This document shows positions 50,767 through 60,650 of a stretch of 64,000 nt of DNA, in pieces. Origin of the DNA: an uncultured delta proteobacterium (GTDB lineage: Bacteria > Desulfobacterota > Syntrophia > Syntrophales > Smithellaceae). The notes under the pieces are model-generated. The model saw only the letters and a list, made by a program, of their open reading frames with translations, was not told the origin of the DNA and made no database searches. Location: contig CAVWEH010000005.1 of assembly GCA_963753975.1 (NCBI GenBank), positions 512,001 to 576,000 on the forward strand, read 5' to 3'. Every line of letters starts with the position of its first letter. Within the stretch, counting starts at the first letter, position 1. A program made the position numbers and the translations under genes.

Positions 50767-51924
50767 ATGAATAAAATATTTTCATTTACGGGCGCGAAAA
50801 AAATTGTTTTTGGCACAGGATCATTATCGACTCTGGCCTCTCACATTAAAGAACTAAACGCGAAAAAACCTTTCGTGGTAATCGATAAAAATCTTTCCCA
50901 GGCAGGTTTCCCGGACAAACTCGCCAATATTCTTAATCCTCAAGGCATCAAATTTACAGTCTATGATAAGACCGAGCCGGAGCCCAGAATTGAATTGGCG
51001 GATGAAGGCGCGGCCGCAGCAATCAAAAATCAAAGTGATATTATCATCGGCATTGGCGGCGGAAGCGCCATGGATGTCGCCAAGGCGATCGCGGTTTTGG
51101 CTACCAACAAAGGAAGCGCCGTTGATTATTTGGGATTGAACAAAGTTCCGCAGCCGGGTTTGCCGAAAATAATGATTCCTACTACCGCCGGAACCGGCAG
51201 TGAAGTCACCTTTACCGCTGTTTTTGTGCGGAAAAAGCTGCAGAAGAAGGAAGGGATGAACAGCCCTCATCTTTATCCGGAGCTAGCGCTTTTGGATCCG
51301 GAATTAACGCTCAGTTTGCCGCCTGCGCCTACGGCGCAAACGGGTCTCGATGCGTTATGCCACGCCATCGAATCTTATACGTCCGTAAATGCTTCGCCCA
51401 TGAGCGAGCTTATTTCTCTGCAGGCGATTATTCTCATTGCCGAAAATTTGCGTACCTGCGTACATGACGGGAAGAATTTAGCCGCACGCGAAAAGATGCT
51501 TCTGGGAAGTCTTTATGCGGGAATAGGTTTGGCCAATGCCGGTGTAACTGCGGTGCATTCGCTTTCGTATCCGCTAGGCGGTAAATACGGGGTCACGCAT
51601 GGACTCGCCAATACGATGATGCTGATTGCAGTCATGAGCTTTAATCTGCCCGCCGCGCTGGATAAATTTACCGATATCGCGGAAGCGATGGGAGAATGCG
51701 TTGACGGTCTTCCGGTCCGCGAGGCCGCGTATTTGGCCCTCGAAGCTGCCGAGGCGTTAATTGAGGATTGCGGCATTCACAGCACGCTTACCGAATTCGG
51801 CATCAAAGAAACGGATTTTCCGGCGCTAGCCGATGTCGCTATGTCTGTGGCGCGACCGCTGGAAAATAATCCGCGTAAAGTAACCAAAGACGACGCGATC
51901 GCAATGTATGCGCAGGCTTTTTAA
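50767..51924 (+). CDS. Iron-containing alcohol dehydrogenase family protein (KdnB-like by context)
   Basis: GGGSAMD, PTTAGTGSE, DALCHAIE and H...HG metal ligands. Confidence 0.88.
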   Translation: MNKIFSFTGAKKIVFGTGSLSTLASHIKELNAKKPFVVIDKNLSQAGFPDKLANILNPQGIKFTVYDKTEPEPRIELADEGAAAAIKNQSDIIIGIGGGSAMDVAKAIAVLATNKGSAVDYLGLNKVPQPGLPKIMIPTTAGTGSEVTFTAVFVRKKLQKKEGMNSPHLYPELALLDPELTLSLPPAPTAQTGLDALCHAIESYTSVNASPMSELISLQAIILIAENLRTCVHDGKNLAAREKMLLGSLYAGIGLANAGVTAVHSLSYPLGGKYGVTHGLANTMMLIAVMSFNLPAALDKFTDIAEAMGECVDGLPVREAAYLALEAAEALIEDCGIHSTLTEFGIKETDFPALADVAMSVARPLENNPRKVTKDDAIAMYAQAF

Positions 51925-51960
51925 GTTATAAGAATATATAATAGGGAGGCAAAAATAAAA

Positions 51961-53163
51961 ATGGCTGGTGCAGAATTAATCGGCAAAGAAGAAATCAAGG
52001 AAGTAATGGATGTGCTCCAAACCGGCATCCTAATGCGTTACGGATTCGATAAGGAAAGAAAAGGTATTTTTAAGGTTCGGGAGTTTGAGGAAGCGTTTGC
52101 CAAATATTGTCAAGCCCAATACGCTTTGGGCGTAACTTCCGGTTCATCAGCGTTGAAAATCGCCCTGACAGCGCTGGATGTGGGCCCCGGTGATGACGTC
52201 CTTGTGCCCGCCTTTACTTTTTTAGCCACCTATGAAGCGGTAATGGAAGTGGGCGCTATTCCCATAATGGTTGATATCGACGATACGCTTAACCTCGATC
52301 CGCAGGAAATCGAAAAGAAAAAGACCCCCTATACTAAGGCTGTAATTCCCGTGCATATGTGTGGTTCGGCGGCCAATATCGATAAAATCATGGAAGTAGC
52401 GCGCAAAAATAAGTTGCTGGTGTTGGAAGATAACGCTCAGGGTTGTGGGGCAGGCTTCAAAGGCAAAAAACTGGGATCTTTCGGCGATATGGGCTGCTTT
52501 AGCTTTGACTATGTAAAAACAGTGACCACCGGCGAAGGCGGCATGGTCATCACCAACAGCCTCGATTTGTATCACCGGGCGGAATGGTATCACGATCACG
52601 GCCACGATCATAATCCCAAAGTCAGCCGCGCGCTGGAAGGAAGAACCATTCTGGGTTTCAACTATCGGATGAACGAATTGCAGGGAGCATTAGGATTAGC
52701 ACAACTAAGAAAACTCGATTATATTGTGGGTGAGCAAAAAAAGAATAAAAAAATTATTAAAGACGCTTTGGCGCAGGTTCCGGGTGTGAAATTCAGAAAC
52801 CTTCCCGATCCGGAGGGAGATTCCGCCACGTTTTTAGCCTTTAATTTGCCGGATGAAAATCAGGCGCAAAAGTTTCAAAACCTGCTGGCCGCCGAAGGTG
52901 TAGATACAGTTTGCTACAAGAGAAATCTGTGGCATTACGTTCCCAATTGGGAACACTTCCTGGCGCGCTCGACTGCCAACTCTAAGAAATATCCGTTTAC
53001 CGATCTTACCTATAAAGGCAAAATAGGCTACTCGCGCGAGAGCATTCCACAAGCGGAAGACATTTTGGGCCGAACGCTCGTAATAGGCATATCCATCAAG
53101 ATGAGTCCGGAAAAACTTAATCAAATCAAGAAAGGGATTGAACAGGCAGTTAAGAATTTCTAA
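51961..53163 (+). CDS. DegT/DnrJ aminotransferase, KdnA-like (8-amino-Kdo transaminase)
   Basis: VHMCGS, SFDYVKTVTTGEGG, DHGHDH, LGLAQLRKLD, PDPEGDSA and WHY..NW.H match recalled KdnA features. Confidence 0.8.
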   Translation: MAGAELIGKEEIKEVMDVLQTGILMRYGFDKERKGIFKVREFEEAFAKYCQAQYALGVTSGSSALKIALTALDVGPGDDVLVPAFTFLATYEAVMEVGAIPIMVDIDDTLNLDPQEIEKKKTPYTKAVIPVHMCGSAANIDKIMEVARKNKLLVLEDNAQGCGAGFKGKKLGSFGDMGCFSFDYVKTVTTGEGGMVITNSLDLYHRAEWYHDHGHDHNPKVSRALEGRTILGFNYRMNELQGALGLAQLRKLDYIVGEQKKNKKIIKDALAQVPGVKFRNLPDPEGDSATFLAFNLPDENQAQKFQNLLAAEGVDTVCYKRNLWHYVPNWEHFLARSTANSKKYPFTDLTYKGKIGYSRESIPQAEDILGRTLVIGISIKMSPEKLNQIKKGIEQAVKNF

Positions 53164-53167
53164 TAGG

Positions 53168-53218
53168 ACTGAATTTAGGAACAAAAAAAGCTGCGATTAG
53201 TAATAGCGCGGCTTTTTT
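53168..53218 (+). terminator. Terminator; copy 1 of a ~50-bp direct repeat
   Basis: aaaaaagctgcg..cgcggctttttt; near-identical to 60567-60619. Confidence 0.85.
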
Positions 53219-53354
53219 GTTGAGATTTATTGTATTCGAAAATCAACTTTTATCTTGTTTATTTCAATAGATTGCCGCTTTGTACGGCCAAAGTGCTTCA
53301 TTGACACACAGGGAATTTCTTCCTATACTTTCTTCGGATGATGAGGATATTGGA

Positions 53355-54815
53355 TTGAAACTTGCAGCCAAACTCGTGACAATAATTGTTTTAGGTATAA
53401 TCGTTATCTTGGCCATTGACGGTTATTTTACGGTACGACGCGACATAGATATCCTTCAGGCAAACATGAAGCGGGACGCCCAGTTAATGGGGCACGCTTT
53501 GAAGGATTTGGTAGCCGACGTGTGGCTGAAAAGCGGCCGACAGCGTGCCCTTCAGCTCATTGAACAGGCAAATAAGGAAGAGTATCTGGTAAATATACGC
53601 TGGGTTAGGCTGAACGCGCCGCCGAATGACCCTTACAGTCCGCGAGCGTCTCGAGAAAAACTTGTTGCTGTCGCACAAGGGAAAGAAGACTCCTTTAGAG
53701 AAAGAGACAATAAGGGGAATGTATATCTTTACACTTATGTTCCTCTGAAGATTAACCGGGATAAATCGGGAGCCCTGGAACTTTCCCAGTCTCTGTCCCG
53801 CCTGGATGAATATACTCACAATGCCATCGTCAGAATATTTGTACTGGCAGCTATTCTGTTATTTTTAAGCGTTATAGCTGTGTTGTCCCTTGGTTTCGGT
53901 ATGATTGGGCGGCCCCTTCATCGTCTGGTCGAGAAAATACGGCGCATAGGAGAAGGTGATCTATCGGAACCATTGCATCTTCGCGGAGGTGGTGAATTTT
54001 CCCAGTTGGCGATGGCGCTGAATACAATGTGCAAACAACTGGATGATGCCCGGGAAAAAGTTCGCAATGAGACTACTGCCCGGATTGCCGCTATAGAACA
54101 ATTGCGTCATGCCGACCGACTAAAAACAATCGGTGCACTGGCCTCCGGTTTAGCCCACGAACTTGGCACGCCCTTGAATGTCGTTTCCGGCAGGGCAGGC
54201 CTTATTGCTGCAAGAGGCCTGTCGGAAACGGAGGTCTTGGAAAGCGCAACTATCATCAGAACGCAGTCTGAACGCATGACGGCGATCATACGGCAACTTC
54301 TCAACTTTGCTCGCCGCCAATCACCTAAAAAAACTATAGTTGATCTGCGGCAGACAGTACACCAAACCATAAGCCTTATGACCCCGCTTGCCCAGAAACA
54401 AAAAGTGAAGTTGTGTTTTGCTGGTGAGGATGTCGCGGCCATGGCCAAGGTTGATGCCGGACAGATTCAGCAGGTTCTGACAAACCTTATCGTCAATGCC
54501 CTGCAGGCTACGCTTCAAGAGGGCAATGTCGAAGTGGGTATTCGTCCTGAATATGCCCAACCTCCGGAAGGAACCAAAGATGCTGTAAAAGAGTATCTCT
54601 GTGTCTATGTTCTGGACGGAGGTGAAGGAATCCCAGAAGATAATATACAACATCTCTTCGAACCTTTTTTTACGACCAAAAAAACCGCCAATGGCACCGG
54701 ACTCGGCCTTTCGATTGCTTACGGCATCATTCAAGAACATGGCGGCTGGATAGAAGTTAAGAGTAAACCGGGGCAAGGCAGTTGTTTCTCCGTCTATTTA
54801 CCGAGGGAGGTTTGA
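53355..54815 (+). CDS. HAMP-domain sensor histidine kinase (NtrB-like)
   Basis: Two TMs, HAMP, LAHELGTPL, NLIVNA, DGGEGI, FEPFFTTK and GTGLGL; start probably TTG 53355. Confidence 0.93.
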   Translation: MKLAAKLVTIIVLGIIVILAIDGYFTVRRDIDILQANMKRDAQLMGHALKDLVADVWLKSGRQRALQLIEQANKEEYLVNIRWVRLNAPPNDPYSPRASREKLVAVAQGKEDSFRERDNKGNVYLYTYVPLKINRDKSGALELSQSLSRLDEYTHNAIVRIFVLAAILLFLSVIAVLSLGFGMIGRPLHRLVEKIRRIGEGDLSEPLHLRGGGEFSQLAMALNTMCKQLDDAREKVRNETTARIAAIEQLRHADRLKTIGALASGLAHELGTPLNVVSGRAGLIAARGLSETEVLESATIIRTQSERMTAIIRQLLNFARRQSPKKTIVDLRQTVHQTISLMTPLAQKQKVKLCFAGEDVAAMAKVDAGQIQQVLTNLIVNALQATLQEGNVEVGIRPEYAQPPEGTKDAVKEYLCVYVLDGGEGIPEDNIQHLFEPFFTTKKTANGTGLGLSIAYGIIQEHGGWIEVKSKPGQGSCFSVYLPREV

Positions 54816-54818
54816 AGC

Positions 54819-56189
54819 ATGAGTGGACACATTCTTGTTGTTGATGATGATCAAAGCATGTGTGAGCTGATCGAGGCGGATTTAAGGCACCGCGGTTTTC
54901 AGATATCCTGGTACACCTCCGCAGATAAGGCGTTCCGGGTATTGCAGGATAAGGAATTCGACGTAGTGTTGACCGATCTGCAGATGCCGGACATGGGCGG
55001 AATTGACCTTTGTGACCGTATAGTATCGAACAGGCCCGATATACCCGTCATCGTAATTACGGCATTCGGCAGCCTGGAAACAGCAATCGGAGCGATGCGC
55101 GCAGGAGCGTACGATTTTGTCACAAAGCCATTCGATATGAATATACTGGCTCTCACTCTGGAGCGTGCCCTAAAACACCATTCTCTGCAGGAGAAGGTTA
55201 AAATTCTGAGCGAAGTTGTAGAGCGCACTAAAAATTATGATGAACTGCTCGGGGCGAGCATGCCGATGCAAAATATCTATAATCAACTTTCACGAATAGC
55301 CGATTCCGAATCAACGGTTTTAATTACCGGCGAAAGCGGTACAGGCAAGGAACTTATTGCCAGGGTTTTACACCGGCAAAGCAAACGGAAATCCGGCCCC
55401 TTTGTTGCGATCAATTGTGCGGCATTAACCGAGACACTTTTAGAAAGTGAACTTTTTGGTCATACACGCGGCGCGTTCACCGATGCCCGATCGGCCCGCA
55501 AAGGTCTTTTTCTCCAGGCTGACGGAGGAACACTGCTTCTGGATGAAATCGGCGACTTTCCGTTAACCTTGCAACCCAAGCTTCTTCGCGCATTGGAAGA
55601 ACGTGCTCTTCGTCCGGTCGGGGGGGATATGGAAGTTCCTTTTGATGTAAGAGTAATCGCCACGACGAATCGTGATCTGGAATCAGCCGTAGAAAACAAA
55701 TTGTTTCGCGAAGACCTCTTCTTTCGTATCAACGTTATACAGGTTGAACTGCCTCCTCTTAGTGCGCGGGGAACGGATATTCTGCTCCTGGCGCAGCATT
55801 TCATAGAACAGTTTGCAATGCGGATCGGCAAACAGGTATCGGGTCTATCCAATGCCGTAGCCGAGAAGCTTCTTGATTATGCATGGCCGGGGAACGTACG
55901 AGAATTGAGAAATGCCATCGAACGCGCTGTGGCATTGACACAATATGAAAAACTCGTTGTCGAGGATCTACCGGAGAAAATTCGTTCGTATCGCGGTACG
56001 GATATGATTATCAGCAGTAACGCTGCCGAACTTGTTTCCATGGAAGAAGCAGAGCGGCGTTATATACTTCATGTTCTGAAGGCCGTTGGCGGTAACAAAA
56101 CTCACGCTGCGCGATTGCTGGGTTTCGATCGGAAAACTTTATATCGCAAATTGCAATGTTATGGAGCAATCGGCGACGATAAGGTATAA
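54819..56189 (+). CDS. sigma54-dependent response regulator (NtrC family)
   Basis: REC domain, GESGTGKE, GAFTDA, WPGNVREL and C-terminal HTH. Confidence 0.95.
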   Translation: MSGHILVVDDDQSMCELIEADLRHRGFQISWYTSADKAFRVLQDKEFDVVLTDLQMPDMGGIDLCDRIVSNRPDIPVIVITAFGSLETAIGAMRAGAYDFVTKPFDMNILALTLERALKHHSLQEKVKILSEVVERTKNYDELLGASMPMQNIYNQLSRIADSESTVLITGESGTGKELIARVLHRQSKRKSGPFVAINCAALTETLLESELFGHTRGAFTDARSARKGLFLQADGGTLLLDEIGDFPLTLQPKLLRALEERALRPVGGDMEVPFDVRVIATTNRDLESAVENKLFREDLFFRINVIQVELPPLSARGTDILLLAQHFIEQFAMRIGKQVSGLSNAVAEKLLDYAWPGNVRELRNAIERAVALTQYEKLVVEDLPEKIRSYRGTDMIISSNAAELVSMEEAERRYILHVLKAVGGNKTHAARLLGFDRKTLYRKLQCYGAIGDDKV

Positions 56190-56334
56190 TATTCACGAAT
56201 TCTTAAATAACCTTGTTAATGAGGAAACAGCAATTGCTCGCGGAAACAACAATCACCATATTATAGCAACGTAGCGGGGTTGCTTGCGGCAAACCTGCTT
56301 TATACCGCAGATGTAGTGGACGGCGGGAACCAAA

Positions 56335-56367
56335 GGGGCATTTGTCTACGGTGCGGCATTATGTCTC
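56335..56367 (+). promoter_or_regulatory. Candidate enhancer-binding-protein sites (tandem)
   Basis: ggggcatttgtcta / gcggcattatgtctc, about 125-155 bp upstream of the sigma54 promoter. Confidence 0.45.
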
Positions 56368-56489
56368 TTAAAAGCTGTCCTGCTGGAAGTGCTTATTCGG
56401 GGTTCAAGAAAGCTTTATTTCGTCTTTCCTGCTTTGTATGTATTCATTATCCTTGCAGATTTTAAAATTCAAATCATTTTGCCTTCCCG

Positions 56490-56506
56490 TTGGCATTCTC
56501 TTTGCT
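56490..56506 (+). promoter_or_regulatory. sigma54 (-24/-12) promoter
   Basis: tTGGCAttctctTTGCt with GG and GC exactly 12 bp apart. Confidence 0.75.
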
Positions 56507-56566
56507 TCTTAATCTCTATAAATTAAGTAAGAAATAAAAAAGAGTCGGTTAAACAAATAATTAATT

Positions 56567-57067
56567 TTGTTCCGCGTGACAAAGCGGCAGAAATTAAAAT
56601 TAAGGAAAGAAAATATGGCAGAGATGAAAACCCGTAAGGGAACAAAAAATCAATTATTGAGTAAAGTTTCTTTAAAAAAGAAAATCCCACGGATTCTATT
56701 GGCGGAAGATAATCATGACATGCGCAAGCTCCTGGCGATGTCACTGCGCAAAAACGGCTATGAGGTTGCCGAATTTGCCGATGGTCCCAGTATGCTTGAC
56801 CACTATTTTTCCGTTTCTTCTATCCAAAAAGGGGCGGCTTTCGATTTAGTCATCTCCGATGTCAGAATGCCCGGCCTTACCGGTATAGAGATTGTTGAAG
56901 GCATGTATGATCACAAAGGATTTCCTCCGGTAGTTTTGATTACGGCATTTGGTGATGAAGACACACATGCACAAGCGCAGCGCCTTGGGGTTGTAGCTAT
57001 GTTTGATAAGCCTTTTGATATCGACGACCTGATTGCCAAGGTGCAAGAAATAGTGCCTTCTTACTAG
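56567..57067 (+). CDS. Stand-alone response regulator receiver protein (start uncertain)
   Basis: ILLAED, SDVRMPG, ITAFG and KPF. Confidence 0.88.
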   Translation: MFRVTKRQKLKLRKENMAEMKTRKGTKNQLLSKVSLKKKIPRILLAEDNHDMRKLLAMSLRKNGYEVAEFADGPSMLDHYFSVSSIQKGAAFDLVISDVRMPGLTGIEIVEGMYDHKGFPPVVLITAFGDEDTHAQAQRLGVVAMFDKPFDIDDLIAKVQEIVPSY

Positions 57068-57160
57068 TTGTTCCTGTAAATAAGTTGCACGGCTGAATGC
57101 GCTTAGGGATTTTTTGTTTATCGTGCGGTAGAAGGGATAAAACTAAAAGGACAAAGTATA

Positions 57161-57964
57161 ATGAATAAGAAACATAATCTTGGAATTATAAATAAAATTA
57201 AAGTACCAATTCGACCGATAACGATAATCTATGTCTCTATCTTGGCGGCTCTCTATACACTAATTATTTGTACGCCATACCTGATATCCAATGCGACTTT
57301 GCTGAAAAGCCATATCTTCGTCGGGGAAGAATTTGTTGAAGGATTATTGATAAGCGTGCTTCTGGCCATTAGTCTTTTTGTTTTGTCCCGCTACAGAAAA
57401 ATACTTGATAGGTACCGCAGCCAGATTAAAGAATTGGCGATTAAAAAAACAGATGTAGAAAACAAATTGAACGATGCCTTCAAGTATATTGGCGCTGTGA
57501 ATGTCCAGGTTAAGGAAGTTCAATCCTGGTTTTCATCAATCGAAAAATACCCAAAGGATAAGAAAGACTTTAAAAATAGTTTAAATATCTTGGCGCAAAA
57601 GGTTTTATGTGTGGCAAACGCAGAATGGGTCATATTTAGAATCATTAATGTAGATAGTCTCAGAACGTTGCGGGAGTATAGCGGAACAAGGGGGGAAGTT
57701 GTTTTGCTGAAACATAATATTAGCAATAGCTCTATCGTTAATAATGAATCTATAGACAAATGCAGTATTGTAAGCTCTGAGCAGAAAAATTTAACTATTA
57801 AAGTGTTTTGTATCATCCCATCCGAAGCACTGACAGAAACGCAGAAAACTCTTATCAAGACTATCGTCGGCTCATTGGAAATGCTTTTCATTGTTTTTAC
57901 ATCACAATACTTCCGCAAGAGTTATTTCAAGCCAGAGGTTTTCAATCATGCCGGATCGATGTAA
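57161..57964 (+). CDS. Hypothetical membrane protein (two TM + coiled coil)
   Basis: AAAGGA RBS; 267 aa, AT-rich. Confidence 0.7.
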   Translation: MNKKHNLGIINKIKVPIRPITIIYVSILAALYTLIICTPYLISNATLLKSHIFVGEEFVEGLLISVLLAISLFVLSRYRKILDRYRSQIKELAIKKTDVENKLNDAFKYIGAVNVQVKEVQSWFSSIEKYPKDKKDFKNSLNILAQKVLCVANAEWVIFRIINVDSLRTLREYSGTRGEVVLLKHNISNSSIVNNESIDKCSIVSSEQKNLTIKVFCIIPSEALTETQKTLIKTIVGSLEMLFIVFTSQYFRKSYFKPEVFNHAGSM

Positions 57965-58033
57965 GTATTTTAGTTATTAAGATAGATGAAATTCATTAGT
58001 TGATGAAATTCAGTAGTTAAGGGAGATATTATC

Positions 58034-59467
58034 ATGGAAAGAAAAAATTTAAGAATTGTTTTAGCCACATTATTCGTATCAATTTTGGTTGTAGCTTCGA
58101 GTTTTATCATCGCCTCATATGGCAACGGTGTTGAAGACGCCGGCGCCATCGTTGGTTTCCCTCAGTCTTTTGCTCAACTTGCCAAACAAGTCACGCCTGC
58201 AGTCGTTAACATCAGTACAACAGCGACTGTCATGGTTCCTGGGAATCCTTTCAAGCAATTTTTTGGTCAACATAATGACCCATTTGAAGATTTCTACGGG
58301 CAATTTTTTGATAATGTTCCAGACAGCAAAATGAAGCAGCAAAGTCTTGGTTCGGGATTCATCGTTGATAAAGAGGGCAACATCATAACCAACAATCATG
58401 TCGTTTCCGGTGCTGATAAAATCGTCGTTAAACTTTCCAATGGTAAAGAATACACAGCAAAGGTAATTGGAAGAGATAGTAAAACGGATTTGGCGCTAAT
58501 CAAAATTTCACCATTTTTTAAAGATATGCCTGCCCTTCCCCTTGGTGATTCCGACAGCATGCGGGTGGGAGACTGGGTGCTGGCCGTAGGAAATCCTTTT
58601 GGTCTGGAGCATACGGTGACACAGGGCATTATCAGCGCATCCGGAAGGGTCATTGGTTCCGGTCCTTATGACAACTTTCTTCAAACCGATGCGCCTATCA
58701 ATCCGGGCAACAGCGGAGGGCCCTTGGTCAATTTGAAAGGAGAGGTGATAGGGATCAACACAGCTATTATTGCATCAGGACAAGGTATCGGATTTGCAAT
58801 TCCCAGCAACACAGCAAAGACAGTCATTGCCCAGCTCAGAGATAAAGGCAAAGTGGTCAGGGGATGGATAGGGGTGTCCATTCAGTCGGTAACCCCTTCT
58901 CTTGCGCCCGCTTTTGGACTCGAAAAACCGGTAGGAGCTCTTGTTGCCGAAGTCGTTCCCGGCGGACCTGCTGAAAAGGGCGGTGTTAAGCAGGGAGATG
59001 TTATAACCTTTTTTGACGGAAAAGACGTGAAATCTTCGTCGGATCTTCCCTGGCTTGTTGCTGAAACGCCTGTGGGCAAGACAGTTGAAGTGAAAGTGTT
59101 GCGTCAGGGCAAAGAGGTGGATCTCAAGGTGACAGTGGAAGAGATGACGGAACAGAGGGTTGCCTCGCAGATGGAGAAACCTCGCCATGATTATGGCCTT
59201 GCCGTTGATAATATAAAGCCTCAATGGAGAAAGAAATTTGCGATCACAGTGCCTTCAGGAGTTGTTGTAACAGATGTGGTATCGGGGAGTCCGGGGGATG
59301 ACGCAGGAATACAGACCGGAGATGTAATCCGGGAAGTGAATAAGAAACCTGTCAAAGATTTAAGTGATTACCGGAAAGAAATAGAAAAAGCGGGGCCTGA
59401 TAAGAGTGTTCTCTTCTTGCTTAATCGGGGCGATCAGGCCTTCTATGTTTCGATCAAGGTGTCGTAA
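58034..59467 (+). CDS. HtrA/DegP-DegQ serine endoprotease
   Basis: GSGFI, TNNHVV, TDLALI, INPGNSGGPL and two PDZ domains. Confidence 0.95.
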   Translation: MERKNLRIVLATLFVSILVVASSFIIASYGNGVEDAGAIVGFPQSFAQLAKQVTPAVVNISTTATVMVPGNPFKQFFGQHNDPFEDFYGQFFDNVPDSKMKQQSLGSGFIVDKEGNIITNNHVVSGADKIVVKLSNGKEYTAKVIGRDSKTDLALIKISPFFKDMPALPLGDSDSMRVGDWVLAVGNPFGLEHTVTQGIISASGRVIGSGPYDNFLQTDAPINPGNSGGPLVNLKGEVIGINTAIIASGQGIGFAIPSNTAKTVIAQLRDKGKVVRGWIGVSIQSVTPSLAPAFGLEKPVGALVAEVVPGGPAEKGGVKQGDVITFFDGKDVKSSSDLPWLVAETPVGKTVEVKVLRQGKEVDLKVTVEEMTEQRVASQMEKPRHDYGLAVDNIKPQWRKKFAITVPSGVVVTDVVSGSPGDDAGIQTGDVIREVNKKPVKDLSDYRKEIEKAGPDKSVLFLLNRGDQAFYVSIKVS

Positions 59468-59542
59468 ATCTTAACGGGTCTTGACAAGAGGAGACCCTTA
59501 ATAAATGCACACAATTTATAAATTTAAAGAAAGGAGAAAAGT

Positions 59543-60091
59543 GTGAAAAGAATAAATTTGTTTTTTGTAGTGATTATTGCTATGCTTAGCACAATTTTCA
59601 TTCTGCTTGCGGGGTGCGCGAAGAAGGAACTGGTAAGCGAAAGTTCAGAGCAGCCGCAAAATGAAATGAAACAAGAAGCGGCAAAACCCAATGTTCCGGT
59701 AACTGAAGAAAAAGCAGTACAACCGGCGAGCGAAAGCGGACAAAAAATTGCGGCAACCGCGGAATTAAAAGACATCCATTTTGATTTTGATAAGTATAAC
59801 CTGCGACCGGAAGATAGAGCAATTTTAAGCACCCATGCCGACTGGCTGCTGAAAAATGCCGACTATAAAGTAAAGATAGAAGGCAACTGTGATGAAAGAG
59901 GAACGGAAGAATATAATATGGCGCTGGGTCAGAGAAGAGCGGATGAGGCTAAAGAATATCTTCTTAATATGGGTATTGCCAAAAAAAGAATTTCCACCAT
60001 TAGTTACGGCAAGGACAGACCTTTAGATCCCGGCCATGATGAAGAAGCGTGGGCAAAAAACAGAAGGGATGATTTTGTACTGAGCAAGTAA
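59543..60091 (+). CDS. pal: Peptidoglycan-associated lipoprotein
   Basis: LAGC lipobox, HFDFD, EGNCDERGTEEYNMALG and KNRR. Confidence 0.92.
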   Translation: MKRINLFFVVIIAMLSTIFILLAGCAKKELVSESSEQPQNEMKQEAAKPNVPVTEEKAVQPASESGQKIAATAELKDIHFDFDKYNLRPEDRAILSTHADWLLKNADYKVKIEGNCDERGTEEYNMALGQRRADEAKEYLLNMGIAKKRISTISYGKDRPLDPGHDEEAWAKNRRDDFVLSK

Positions 60092-60105
60092 AAGATTAAA
60101 TCGAG

Positions 60106-60148
60106 TGCGTCATCTGCAAATACCAAAAAAGCATTTGCAGATGACGCA
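60106..60148. terminator. Perfect 16-bp inverted repeat after pal
   Basis: tgcgtcatctgcaaat-11 nt-atttgcagatgacgca; no adjacent U-tract. Confidence 0.55.
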
Positions 60149-60186
60149 TAAAGCAGAACCAAACTTTTTATTGGAAAATTCAATAA

Positions 60187-60552
60187 ATGAACTTCAATGA
60201 TGCATCATTATATGTGCTTTTAGGCTTACTCGCCGGATTTTTAAGTGGTCTGATCGGTATCGGCGGCGGAACGATCATCGTACCGGTTTTAGTTCTTTAT
60301 TTTGGTCTTTCACAGAAACTTGCCCAGGGAACCACTTTGGCCATGCTCATACCGCCTGTTGGTATTTTAGCGGCGTGGACATATTATAAGCAAGGCTATG
60401 TTGATTTTTCCATTGCCTTACTGATTTGCCTCGGTTTCATTTTTGGCGGTTTGATCGGAGCTAAACTAGCCACGGGCTTGTCCAACATAATGCTGGAAAA
60501 GATATTTGGCGTCGCCTTACTTATTATTGCGATAAAAATGATTTTTGCGTAG
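60187..60552 (+). CDS. Half-size TauE/SafE family protein
   Basis: Single repeat SGLIGIGGG..AQGTTL. Confidence 0.85.
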   Translation: MNFNDASLYVLLGLLAGFLSGLIGIGGGTIIVPVLVLYFGLSQKLAQGTTLAMLIPPVGILAAWTYYKQGYVDFSIALLICLGFIFGGLIGAKLATGLSNIMLEKIFGVALLIIAIKMIFA

Positions 60553-60566
60553 CCAAGCAACTGAAA

Positions 60567-60619
60567 ACTGTATTTAGGAACAGAAAAAAGCCGCGTTTAG
60601 TAATGTAAGCGCGGCTTTT
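60567..60619 (+). terminator. Terminator; copy 2 of the ~50-bp direct repeat
   Basis: actgtatttaggaacagaaaaaagccgcg..cgcggctttt. Confidence 0.85.
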
Positions 60620-60650
60620 ATTTTGGATTGGAATAAGTGTAACGAATGGG

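Noticed and set aside
60187..60552. Truncated TauE pseudogene
   Set aside because: Clean start and stop with one complete repeat; half-size members of this family are known
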